Virus record (IMG/VR): IMGVR_UViG_3300025133_000063
Coordinates: 1-64,000 of that record
Reading direction: 5' to 3' (one strand)
DNA: 64,000 bases
Origin: a virus
In this document: piece after piece, positions 30,165 to 39,432 of the stretch
Layout: each line of letters starts with the position of its first letter
How positions within the stretch are numbered: position 1 is the stretch's first letter
Notes under the pieces: model-generated
What the model saw: the letters and a program-made list of their open reading frames with translations, nothing else
Told to the model about the DNA's origin: nothing
Database searches by the model: none
Made by a program: the position numbers and the translations under genes

Positions 30165-30227
30165 ATATAATAAGGTTATTAAACCAATAATCATTATAAT
30201 TAAGATTGTTATTTTTTTTGGAGTTGA

Positions 30228-32321
30228 ATGATGTCAAACAAGTCTGCCCTTTTATTATATGAAGGACTGTTGGAAATATACGAACTTGCTTACGAAGCAA
30301 AAGCTGAAAAACCAATGTTGTATGAAGGTGTTGGATATTCACCTTTGCAAATTGTATTACAAGAAGCAGGTGCCGAAGCGAAAAGTAAAGGTAAGAAGAA
30401 AAAAGGTAAAGGTGGAAATTTTCTAGCTAGAACAACTGCAGCAGTAAAAAAAATAACTGCCGCCGGAGAGGCGGGTGTAAAAGAGCTTACTACTTTACGT
30501 GATAGTCTTCAAGCTACAGATCCACCAATGATAAATTCAGTTACTGCAGCAACTAAGGCAATAGACAAATTAAAAAAATCAATGCCTGGCTCTGGTTTTC
30601 TTGGAAAAATTTCTACATTAGGTTCTGCAATTTTTGGTAATGAAGATGATCCAATTGAGGCAATAACTGAAATTGTTGCAGATTCTGCAGCGTTCCAAAC
30701 AATGATATCAAATATAGTTAAGGCAGTGTTGGAAAAGCTGGACGAAATTAAACCAGAAGAGATTGTTGAGCAAGAAGCTGAAGATAACGAAGATGCTGCT
30801 CCAATTGATGATTCTCAAAAAAATGAATATATTAAACAAATAAAAGAAAAAATGCTTTCTGGAACCATTAATGATATATTAAGTTCTGATGATGAAATGT
30901 ATGTGGCAGTTAGGGAAGCAACAGGTTTTAATAGCGGCATAATTAAAAAGGCAATTAAGACATCTGCGAAACCAGCAAAATGGTTTTCAGGTTTAAAGAG
31001 CCTTGGAGGTGCCTTAGGTATTGGCCTTGGCGGCGATTTACCATTTAAGAAATTTGGATTAAAGATCGGAGGCTTGGAGCAAGATATTATACTTGTAAAA
31101 ATATCATCACTACGTGAATTAGCAGGTGGAGTAAAACCAGATAAAAAAGATGCAGCAGTAATAAAAACAACGACTGCTGCAATTGGTGATCTGGCTGATA
31201 TTAAGAACGATCAGCAAAACCAGCCAGAGGCACAGCCTGATGAAGGTACTACAACTCCTGGTTCTACTAGTGAAGACCCATCCGGAGATGTAGCCGACGA
31301 GCCCACCCCGGAGCAAGCAGAGGACAAAAGTAAGTACCTTAAAATTGTTAAGACCGTTCCAGGCCTTAATGATCCTGAAGGTGCTGCTACTAAATTGGCA
31401 TCGCTTCTAGCCGCTGATATTTCATTTTCTAGGGTGTCACTTCTTGATATATTGTCTGAGAAGGTATTGAGATATGACGACGTTGTTGCATCGATGAAAG
31501 ATCATTTACCAGAAAATGAAACAGAAATTCCAGCAGTTGTAAAGAAGCTTGCTGATGAAGTAAAAGTCGAGCTTGGTGCTGATTTTGATATAGTTGGAAT
31601 ACCGTCTGCATCGGAACAGCTTGAAAAATTACGTGCAGAGTTAGCTGCTTTACGTGATGAAATAAAATCTGCACCTGAAGATGATAGAGAAGCACTTGAA
31701 ACAGAGTTATCTTCTAGGCTTGAAGACGACGGGTTAGATTCAGCTGTTGCTGAAGACTTAGTTGATGTTAATACAGATCTTGATTCTGCCATTGAAGATT
31801 CAACAGCCGGTCTAGATGTTGAAGAGGAAGAGGACAAATTAGCACAAATGATAGATTTTATTCAGAAATTAAAATCATCATACGACAAAATCTATTCTGA
31901 CACAATTGAAGATACACCTGCAGTAGAAGATGAAGGCGAAGAATCTAAGGCTACAAAAACTACTAGAGAACCAGGCTCATATTGGAAAGTATCAGATGAA
32001 GCTTTGGCAAAGGATAGTAAAAAACGTCCATGGGCAGCAAAGGGTAAAGGGCCAAAGTCAAAGAAGCAACAGCGGTTTAAGAGTGAAGAATCTGCAAAAA
32101 AATACTCCCTTAAGACAGAGCGGATTGTACTTGCAAATATGCGTGCTTATATTTTAAATGAAACAAACAATTTTAGAAAAGTATCAAATATGCCTCCACG
32201 TGAAGTTATTGTTGAATATTATAGACTTGGTGGAACAAACAACAGAATAAAACAAGTGCTGACTGAATCTTCATTTGATTCTTCACGCTTAAGTCTTCTT
32301 GCTGGAATTACAAATGAATAA
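30228..32321 (+). CDS. Large acidic hypothetical protein, probably virion or prohead-associated
   Basis: 697 aa, E/D-rich, with many L/I-x-E sites and a C-terminal 'RLSLLAGI'. Confidence 0.6.
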   Translation: MMSNKSALLLYEGLLEIYELAYEAKAEKPMLYEGVGYSPLQIVLQEAGAEAKSKGKKKKGKGGNFLARTTAAVKKITAAGEAGVKELTTLRDSLQATDPPMINSVTAATKAIDKLKKSMPGSGFLGKISTLGSAIFGNEDDPIEAITEIVADSAAFQTMISNIVKAVLEKLDEIKPEEIVEQEAEDNEDAAPIDDSQKNEYIKQIKEKMLSGTINDILSSDDEMYVAVREATGFNSGIIKKAIKTSAKPAKWFSGLKSLGGALGIGLGGDLPFKKFGLKIGGLEQDIILVKISSLRELAGGVKPDKKDAAVIKTTTAAIGDLADIKNDQQNQPEAQPDEGTTTPGSTSEDPSGDVADEPTPEQAEDKSKYLKIVKTVPGLNDPEGAATKLASLLAADISFSRVSLLDILSEKVLRYDDVVASMKDHLPENETEIPAVVKKLADEVKVELGADFDIVGIPSASEQLEKLRAELAALRDEIKSAPEDDREALETELSSRLEDDGLDSAVAEDLVDVNTDLDSAIEDSTAGLDVEEEEDKLAQMIDFIQKLKSSYDKIYSDTIEDTPAVEDEGEESKATKTTREPGSYWKVSDEALAKDSKKRPWAAKGKGPKSKKQQRFKSEESAKKYSLKTERIVLANMRAYILNETNNFRKVSNMPPREVIVEYYRLGGTNNRIKQVLTESSFDSSRLSLLAGITNE

Positions 32322-32703
32322 AATTTTATCTGAACAATTACGCAAAGAATATGTTTCAAAATTACTTGAAGCCCTTAAAGAAGTTGACATTCTTGATAAA
32401 GAAGGAAACATTTTAATATCAAAAGATCTAAAGGTTTTTCATAAAAAGTCTGGATATGAATATACAGTTCATGATGTTGTTAATACACCAGAAGGTATTA
32501 AGGTTATGTTGCGGCTACCAGATTCACCACGTCCTATCCAGGGCAAAGCAACAAGACCGTTGGATGAAATATCCACCGATAACTTAGAAGTCCCAGAAAC
32601 AACTCATAATGATACTAATCCTTCAGCACTTTCTGATTTGGTCGATGATGACATATTTATTGTTGATGAAGAATTATTTGAAAAGGAATACGAGGTAAAA
32701 TGA
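32314..32703 (+). CDS. Hypothetical protein
   Basis: Start re-assigned to ATG 32314. N-terminus 'EQLRKEYVSKLLEALKE'. Confidence 0.65.
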   Translation: MNKILSEQLRKEYVSKLLEALKEVDILDKEGNILISKDLKVFHKKSGYEYTVHDVVNTPEGIKVMLRLPDSPRPIQGKATRPLDEISTDNLEVPETTHNDTNPSALSDLVDDDIFIVDEELFEKEYEVK

Positions 32704-33386
32704 AAATCACAGAAAAAGATATCGTTTCTGGAATTATTAACGATTTAAAAATAGATAAATTACGTAAAGTAAATGAAGCGTATGTAGTATCATCACAGAA
32801 ATTTGATTATAATGTTGATATTGTAGGTGATAAGACAAAGCTTGCACATCAAAAGTTACTTAACGATTACGTTGATTCACTAAATAAAATTGCCGCTGAA
32901 CTTGATACTGTAAATAGAGATGATGCAAATTCCACGAATTCTATTTATCGTTCATTTAAAATTGATGAAGTATATAATTTAAATGCTGCTTTTCTTCATG
33001 GAATGTTTTTTGAAAATATTACTGAAAGTTCGACTATTACAGTCGACTCTCTGGCATTTTTACGCTTAGAACGTGATTTTGGAAGTTTTGATAGCTGGCA
33101 AAAAGATTTTATAGCCACGGCTCAATCCGCTAGAAGCGGTTGGGCTGTTACTGTTTACAATACATTTTTGCGAAGATATATTAATGTTGTTGTTGATTCA
33201 CACGCAAATAATGTTCCATTTAGTTCTTATCCAGTTATAGTAATTGATATGTGGGAGCATGCATATTTTGATGATTATCTTAATGATAAAAAGAAATATA
33301 TATATGCAGTAATGAAACAGCTTGATTGGCAAAAAATCAATGAAAGATTTCAACGTGCCGAAGATATTGCCGAGGTTTTTAAATGA
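32700..33386 (+). CDS. Fe/Mn superoxide dismutase with N-terminal extension
   Basis: 'H' (LAHQKL), 'LHGMFF', 'DFGSFD.W', 'SGW', 'DMWEHAY'. Confidence 0.88.
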   Translation: MKITEKDIVSGIINDLKIDKLRKVNEAYVVSSQKFDYNVDIVGDKTKLAHQKLLNDYVDSLNKIAAELDTVNRDDANSTNSIYRSFKIDEVYNLNAAFLHGMFFENITESSTITVDSLAFLRLERDFGSFDSWQKDFIATAQSARSGWAVTVYNTFLRRYINVVVDSHANNVPFSSYPVIVIDMWEHAYFDDYLNDKKKYIYAVMKQLDWQKINERFQRAEDIAEVFK

Positions 33387-33967
33387 TTAAAACAGACAAA
33401 CTAAGTCTTAAAATGCTTTTAGAAGAAGAAGAACCTGTTGAAGATGATGCTGAAGTTGTTGATTCCGATGACGAGGATCTACTTGATACAGACGACGAAT
33501 CCACCGATACAGATACTGACACGGATACATCTACGGACGCTACTGAGGAAGAGGTTGATGTTTCTGCTGATGAGGAGGTGGAATTAAAGAAGCCGTTAGA
33601 AGCACAGGTTGATATGGTTTTAGGTGACTTTGAGATGGATGCCCTTAAGAGTGCAAAAGTTAATGAACATCTAACGTTTCGATCTATTCTAAATGAAGAT
33701 ACAAACAATTTCGATGTCCAGCATTTTGCCAATAATGTTGCAAGATTAATTGACAATTACACAACCTTGCTAGATATAGAGTCGGCAATTTATTATCGAG
33801 CTATAGCGATGTTGGAAAAAAATTATGGAGCGGACGTTGTTGATGCCTTCCGTGAAACATTACATAGCCGTCATGGTTTTGACTTTGGCGATGTTAGGAT
33901 CGATCCTATAGAAAATTCTGCTCCATTGGCACTTGGTTCCGGAGGCGAAGGCGGCGCCGGCGCATGA
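33383..33967 (+). CDS. Acidic hypothetical protein
   Basis: 'MLLEEEE', D/T-rich tract, ATGA overlaps. Confidence 0.65.
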   Translation: MIKTDKLSLKMLLEEEEPVEDDAEVVDSDDEDLLDTDDESTDTDTDTDTSTDATEEEVDVSADEEVELKKPLEAQVDMVLGDFEMDALKSAKVNEHLTFRSILNEDTNNFDVQHFANNVARLIDNYTTLLDIESAIYYRAIAMLEKNYGADVVDAFRETLHSRHGFDFGDVRIDPIENSAPLALGSGGEGGAGA

Positions 33968-34245
33968 GTCAATTTCAAACCCACAAGTCGGTCCATATTA
34001 AACTTACAACAAGTACTCACTATAATTTAAGAATGGAATTGTTTAGGCGAGGATTGTCAATGCAAGAGGTATTAGAAGCACTATCATGTGAGTTTGTCAA
34101 TGGAAATAAACATATTTGTAAAATTATAGACGAACTAGAATATAATAAAAAACACAAAATTAAGGTTAAGAAAGTTGCTAAAACGGATAATGAATCTATT
34201 TTTGATGCCATTGCGGTCGATGGGCCTTTTACGAAAGAAGGATGA
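33964..34245 (+). CDS. Small putative ribbon-helix-helix DNA-binding protein
   Basis: 'KSVHIKL...H..LR......GLSMQEVL' strand-helix-helix pattern. Confidence 0.5.
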   Translation: MSQFQTHKSVHIKLTTSTHYNLRMELFRRGLSMQEVLEALSCEFVNGNKHICKIIDELEYNKKHKIKVKKVAKTDNESIFDAIAVDGPFTKEG

Positions 34246-34246
34246 T

Positions 34247-34492
34247 ATGCTAGAAATAAATAGCACTATTTTACGTATTGAAACAAGCATCGCAAAGCTT
34301 AGCAACGATAATCGTATTATAAAGAAAAATATTGAATTAATTAACAAAAAGACGAAAGAACTTGGTGTTGTTAACGATATACTTTTAAGTGTTCAGCAAA
34401 GTATGCTTGATGAGTTTGTTGTTGAAAATCCTTCAAAACAAATAACGGTATTTCCATTGACATCAGATAATGATGATGATTTACCAAATTAA
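34247..34492 (+). CDS. Small coiled-coil protein
   Basis: Start re-assigned to ATG 34247, after AAGGA. Confidence 0.55.
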   Translation: MLEINSTILRIETSIAKLSNDNRIIKKNIELINKKTKELGVVNDILLSVQQSMLDEFVVENPSKQITVFPLTSDNDDDLPN

Positions 34493-34512
34493 AAACAGCA
34501 GGAGAAAATAAT

Positions 34513-34701
34513 ATGGCAAAAGCACTTTTAGATAAGATTATTGAGAAATTTATTTCTAGAAAATTTTTAGTATTTGCAACCGCAACTGGTTTGATGGCTT
34601 ATTCAAATTTAGATTCAGAGACCTGGGGCCTCATTGCAATTACATATATAGGTACTCAAGGTGCCGTTGACGCTATGAAAACTTGGAGACATGGAGGCTA
34701 A
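34513..34701 (+). CDS. Small two-TM membrane protein (holin-like)
   Basis: 'SRKFLVFATAT...WGLIAITYIGTQG..D' with a GGAG RBS. Confidence 0.55.
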   Translation: MAKALLDKIIEKFISRKFLVFATATGLMAYSNLDSETWGLIAITYIGTQGAVDAMKTWRHGG

Positions 34702-35114
34702 TGTTAAATTCTGCCCTTGCAAAAGCCTTATTTTCATTTGCTAAAACAAATTGGAAAGAAATTCTTTTAGTTGGGTTTCTTATTGCTGCGTTGGGTAAAA
34801 CCCGCGCTGACTATATGAGGTTAAAAGAAGCATATGCAACGACAGAGACGTCTTTAAGAAATCAACTGGATAGTCTTTCTGAACTACATGAAGAAGAATT
34901 ACGCCTTCGCGACGAAGCAATTGAAAATTATCAAAGAGATTTAGTTGCGTTGCAAAAACAGTATGATGACAATTTAAGACAGGCCGATACTGATCGAGCC
35001 GAGCATCATGAAGAAATTGTTAACGAGATAATAGACAATGATCAATTTTTTGAAAACAAGGATGAATTAGCGGAACGAATTAGTGATGCATTTGGATTTG
35101 AATATGTTCATTAA
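34701..35114 (+). CDS. N-terminal TM plus coiled-coil protein (i-spanin-like)
   Basis: Single N-terminal hydrophobic helix followed by a long coiled coil. Follows the holin-like gene. Confidence 0.45.
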   Translation: MLNSALAKALFSFAKTNWKEILLVGFLIAALGKTRADYMRLKEAYATTETSLRNQLDSLSELHEEELRLRDEAIENYQRDLVALQKQYDDNLRQADTDRAEHHEEIVNEIIDNDQFFENKDELAERISDAFGFEYVH

Positions 35115-35538
35115 ATTTTTAATTTTATTGTTATTATCACCGGCCCATGCTCAAGATACGCCTTTTGAACCTGGCTCTTTTACAATTTTGAGTCAAAGGC
35201 AGTGTGCACCATTTAATGGGGTCTTATTTGATATTAATGCCACAGCAACATTATTAACCTTACCTGATTATTATGTATCACAATGTAAAGCAAAAATTGA
35301 TTTTCAACTTGGTGAACAAGCTGCAGAACATCAACTTGAAATTACAAACCTGAATATTAGGCTTAATGCTTTAAGCGAACAATATACGACAACTATAACT
35401 CAAAAAGATTTTGAAATTGATGCACTTCAAGCAGCACTTACAAAAAATTCGTTTAGAAATCATTGGCTTTGGGCTCTTGGTGGTGTTGCTGTAGGGTCTG
35501 CGGCAACAATTGCTATAGTTGAAACGGTTAATAGATGA
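35104..35538 (+). CDS. Signal-peptide, coiled-coil protein with C-terminal TM
   Basis: 'MFIKFLILLLLSPAHA' signal and C-terminal 'WLWALGGVAVG'. Confidence 0.55.
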   Translation: MFIKFLILLLLSPAHAQDTPFEPGSFTILSQRQCAPFNGVLFDINATATLLTLPDYYVSQCKAKIDFQLGEQAAEHQLEITNLNIRLNALSEQYTTTITQKDFEIDALQAALTKNSFRNHWLWALGGVAVGSAATIAIVETVNR

Positions 35539-35562
35539 TATTTAAAACGTGAGGAATGAATA

Positions 35563-36567
35563 ATGTCACTTACTAAAAAAATTAAAAGTATTTTATTTGA
35601 AGATTCATACAATATGTATGGTTCTGAATATATGTCACACCCTGTAGCAGAAAAAGATCAATTAACGATTCATGCTGAACTACCGATAGCACCTTCTGCC
35701 CATGCAAATATGCAGCTAACAGATTCTGCCCCCCCTATAGATGATGAGGCATATGTTCCAGTAAACAATAAAGAATTGGGTTCGGCTTTAGCCGCTTTAG
35801 CATTAAAGGTTCCAGATAATTTTGTTGGCAATGTATATAGACAAATTAAAGCAGTAGTTTTATCCGCAGAACAATCCGATGCCACCATGGTTTCTCCCGA
35901 CGACGCAGAGTCGAAGCCTTCCACTCCTCCGGAAGAAGAAATGTCTGAACGTTTAAACAGGCTAGTCTCTAAAATGTCTAATAACGCTAACCTAACTGAG
36001 TCTGATTGGTCACAAATTAAATTTGGCGCTCAAGATGATGTTGAAGAGGAAGAGGAAGAGGAAATAGTTGATCGACCTCCTGATGTTGTGAAAGGTAAAT
36101 ACTTGGCACAATATTATAGAGACCGCCCTGGAAAAGATCCTTCAAAACATAAAGGTTCTGGTGAATCTACTATGGTTACTGGTACAGGTCGTTTATTACA
36201 GAATGTCGTAAGACCATTACTTGATGTTCCCAAAGATCAACTTCAAGATGCAGTTGAATATTTAAGATTACAATTCAGAATGCTTACACGTGACGTTGAG
36301 ACCCTACCTAAAGAAGCGCCAAAAACATTTTCTGGTATGTATTTAAAAAAATTAGTACCAAAATTAGACGATAATCAATTAGGTGCCAATTTTCTGACAA
36401 CGGTCGTTAGAGATTTTAAAGATAGGAACGATAAGTGGTTAAACGATTTAGCTCAAAAAGCACTTGCTGAAACAGAATCAGAAAGAAAAGCGTTTCAACG
36501 TCTCAAAGATACACTTGCAAAAGAAGATCCAGCCCAGGCTGAATTGGTAGACAATTTAATTAATTAA
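35563..36567 (+). CDS. Hypothetical protein, probably late/virion
   Basis: ATATTTA and GAGG upstream; N-terminus 'MSLTKKIKSILFE'. Confidence 0.65.
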   Translation: MSLTKKIKSILFEDSYNMYGSEYMSHPVAEKDQLTIHAELPIAPSAHANMQLTDSAPPIDDEAYVPVNNKELGSALAALALKVPDNFVGNVYRQIKAVVLSAEQSDATMVSPDDAESKPSTPPEEEMSERLNRLVSKMSNNANLTESDWSQIKFGAQDDVEEEEEEEIVDRPPDVVKGKYLAQYYRDRPGKDPSKHKGSGESTMVTGTGRLLQNVVRPLLDVPKDQLQDAVEYLRLQFRMLTRDVETLPKEAPKTFSGMYLKKLVPKLDDNQLGANFLTTVVRDFKDRNDKWLNDLAQKALAETESERKAFQRLKDTLAKEDPAQAELVDNLIN

Positions 36568-36581
36568 GCCGGATAGTATAA

Positions 36582-36923
36582 GTGCAGATAACAACATTAA
36601 TGGAGGGTTACTTTAGAGATCGCCAGCCACACTTATCTCTAACAACTGAAAATATTTCCAAATTTTCCAATTGGGAAATAATAGAATCACCCCAACGCTT
36701 AATAAAGGATTTTCAATTTGCTAATAGATCTTTGGCTTATGAATTTTTAAGACAAATTATGTTGTACGAAAACGAAGTATTACATTACGGTAAATTAACG
36801 CTTGAAGAACTAAATGTCAGAATTGAAGTATACACGTCAGATATTGACAGTATTACGAATCTTGATTATGAGTACGCGGAATTTATAGAACAAATATTTG
36901 TTGATGTGTGTGAATATGCCTGA
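36582..36923 (+). CDS. Pterin-4a-carbinolamine dehydratase-like protein, degenerate
   Basis: 'W......LIKDFQF....A..F', 'HYGKL', 'YTSDIDSITNLD...A'. Confidence 0.7.
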   Translation: MQITTLMEGYFRDRQPHLSLTTENISKFSNWEIIESPQRLIKDFQFANRSLAYEFLRQIMLYENEVLHYGKLTLEELNVRIEVYTSDIDSITNLDYEYAEFIEQIFVDVCEYA

Positions 36924-37272
36924 TAACGAATATTTAGCGCACCTGGAATCATCTTCGGCTTTTATGAGTGAAAATCTTAGACCACGTATTAATTCTGATC
37001 GACAAACATTATCAATAAATATGTTAATTACAAATACGACTGGTCTAAAATTACAAATACAAGATATTAAAAAGATAAAGTGTAGTGCTGATAATTTTGA
37101 GGTGTGTGCCCTTTTACCGCCATCTGCAATAGATAAAGTATTGCGGGTGTATCAAGAAACAAACAACATAGTGTATGGTTCAATAAGACATAATGATATT
37201 TTGTGTGATGAATACTCGATTGAATATTCATCATCTAATGCTATGATTGTAACATTACTGTTTTCTAAATAA
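36916..37272 (+). CDS. Hypothetical protein
   Basis: ORF in the operon; start re-assigned to ATG 36916. Confidence 0.5.
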   Translation: MPDNEYLAHLESSSAFMSENLRPRINSDRQTLSINMLITNTTGLKLQIQDIKKIKCSADNFEVCALLPPSAIDKVLRVYQETNNIVYGSIRHNDILCDEYSIEYSSSNAMIVTLLFSK

Positions 37273-37295
37273 TTAAAGTACACGGGAGGATTAAT

Positions 37296-37490
37296 ATGTC
37301 TAATAAAGCAAATAAAACAAAGAATTACTTTGACAAATTTATTGATGATCAAATACAGCGAGAGACAACAACTACACAGCGTAAAAGGCAACGAATTGTG
37401 CCAAATGACTTAGATGTAAAAAGAACACTACTTCGTCGATATAGGGAAAGTGTTTCACATTTAATAAAGCGAAATAAGAAAAATGCCTAA
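37296..37490 (+). CDS. Small basic hypothetical protein
   Basis: Strong GGGAGG RBS. Confidence 0.6.
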   Translation: MSNKANKTKNYFDKFIDDQIQRETTTTQRKRQRIVPNDLDVKRTLLRRYRESVSHLIKRNKKNA

Positions 37491-38076
37491 TTTATTATCA
37501 CAAATTGAAGAAATGATGAATAAAACAATCGAGGCCGCTCTATTAGAGGCGGCGGATGAGAAAGGTATTCAGTCAACACTTGTAAAGCGCATAAAGGCTG
37601 ATGGCAGAAAGCTTAAGGCAACTAATAATGATAAGAACGTCGACGAAGTTGAAGATACAGACACTCCCTCTGGAGAGGATAGTAAATCTTCAAAGTCAGG
37701 TGGCGATATGTCGAAACGTGATGTTATTGTTCCAGATGAGCTTCCTGCATCTATAACTGTAGATATGGTAATCGATTCTATCGACGCAATTAGATCTGCT
37801 AGATCACTTAAAAAACCTGAGGTTCGAGAAGAATTTGAAGAATACTTCAATTCACTAGATTCAGCTGAAAAAATAGCATTATTGGCATTTATGCATGGTG
37901 TTGCCCAAACACTCATTGGAAGTGATGAAGGCACTGAAGTTGATCCAGCATCAGCTCCATACAATGTTGATATGAAGGCTCGACCAGAACAATCGACCTC
38001 CCCATCAAAAACGTCACAGGCCAATGATTCAATTGAGAAACAAGATGCAAGTATGCCAATTGTTGTTGGTGGTTAA
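37483..38076 (+). CDS. Hypothetical protein
   Basis: 197 aa with 'IEAALLE' in the N-terminus. Confidence 0.65.
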   Translation: MPNLLSQIEEMMNKTIEAALLEAADEKGIQSTLVKRIKADGRKLKATNNDKNVDEVEDTDTPSGEDSKSSKSGGDMSKRDVIVPDELPASITVDMVIDSIDAIRSARSLKKPEVREEFEEYFNSLDSAEKIALLAFMHGVAQTLIGSDEGTEVDPASAPYNVDMKARPEQSTSPSKTSQANDSIEKQDASMPIVVGG

Positions 38077-38085
38077 TAAAAAATG

Positions 38086-38113
38086 TGAAGATCCTTCTAT
38101 TATGTGTTATAAT
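38086..38113 (+). promoter_or_regulatory. TGAA-N18-TATAAT promoter
   Basis: TGAA at 38086 and TATAAT at 38108. Confidence 0.7.
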
Positions 38114-38154
38114 ATATCTATAAAACGTTAATAATAACATAGGAGAGAATAGTC

Positions 38155-39411
38155 ATGGGAGGAAATGCTAAGCATATGCAGCATATTTGGGAACGTTACG
38201 ACGCAACGTTTTCTGATGTATTTAAGCTGCTTAATGATTTAACAACTGGATCGATTCAGGTAACTGAAAAATTTGATGGTGCAAATATTCACTTTCGAGT
38301 TGATAATGCTGGTACAGTTAAGTTTTCTAGAAATAAGGCTACGCTTACATCTGGTGGTTTTACGTTTCAAGATGCATTAACAATTTATCAAAATCATCCT
38401 GCAAGAGATTTGTTTGTCGAAGGTTGCCGCGTTTATGACGAGGTGTATACCGATAAGTGGTGGCCTTTCGGATATTCCGGCCGTGATTGGATTAATGCAG
38501 AAATTGTTTTTAAGGCACAGCCACAGTTGCTAAATTATTCTGAGAGTGCAATTGTATTACATCAGGTTGCAACATTTTTACCAAGCGGTGAGAAGTTTAT
38601 TGACCATGAAAAACAAGCTAAAATTGCTAACTTAACTGAAGCATCTCAATTTACTAGTAATACCGGTCATACATGGAAATTATTTGGCCCACAAGTTATA
38701 GAATTAACGAATGATTCTGGCACTGGATATTTAACTGAAGCGATAAGTAGGTTACGGCAATGCATGTACGCAGCTGGTCTTAGTGAACATAATACATTAC
38801 AAGATTTTCTACGTCATTCTATTTATGAAGGATTTGTGTCAAAAATTAGAACATCCCAACACGTTAAGTCAAAGCTTGCTGATAAAATTAGTGGTGTAGA
38901 TACATCTATTAGACTAGTTGATTTAAAACGTAATCAACCACCTGGAGTTATTAAGCAGATTAGTGAATATGGCCAGCGTAAAAATGAAGCTAAGTTACAA
39001 AAAGCTGCCATGCGCCCAATTATTAGTACATTGGACACCTTTGCGTCTGCTCGTCTTTCAAATGTAACCTCGGTACTAATCGATGATCCTATTTTTGAAC
39101 GTAATAGAATTATGCGAGAAATTACAGAGCTTGGTGTACTTGTTGATACATACCAAGATGCGTTTTCTGTAGAAAGAAAAGCCTTATTCAACGACTTGTT
39201 CAATGAATGGAACACCGTTGAAAGGCGCCCAGCTGCTATTGAAGGTGTTACATTTAACTTTCTTGGTACAACGACAAAAATAACAGGTGGCTTCGCAAGC
39301 TTAAACCAACTTCTTGGCTTAAGGAAATATGGACGAGGTAAAATTCCAGGTATGATAGAGCCAAGCTCTAAGCAAAATATTAACTTAACTGACTTTTTTG
39401 CGCTGGAGTGA
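38155..39411 (+). CDS. Ligase-like nucleotidyltransferase (KxDG) family protein
   Basis: 'VTEKFDGAN' motif I, 'NAEIV', 'EGV', 'KITG.F...N'. Confidence 0.6.
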   Translation: MGGNAKHMQHIWERYDATFSDVFKLLNDLTTGSIQVTEKFDGANIHFRVDNAGTVKFSRNKATLTSGGFTFQDALTIYQNHPARDLFVEGCRVYDEVYTDKWWPFGYSGRDWINAEIVFKAQPQLLNYSESAIVLHQVATFLPSGEKFIDHEKQAKIANLTEASQFTSNTGHTWKLFGPQVIELTNDSGTGYLTEAISRLRQCMYAAGLSEHNTLQDFLRHSIYEGFVSKIRTSQHVKSKLADKISGVDTSIRLVDLKRNQPPGVIKQISEYGQRKNEAKLQKAAMRPIISTLDTFASARLSNVTSVLIDDPIFERNRIMREITELGVLVDTYQDAFSVERKALFNDLFNEWNTVERRPAAIEGVTFNFLGTTTKITGGFASLNQLLGLRKYGRGKIPGMIEPSSKQNINLTDFFALE

Positions 39412-39432
39412 CATAGTTATATGATACGATAG

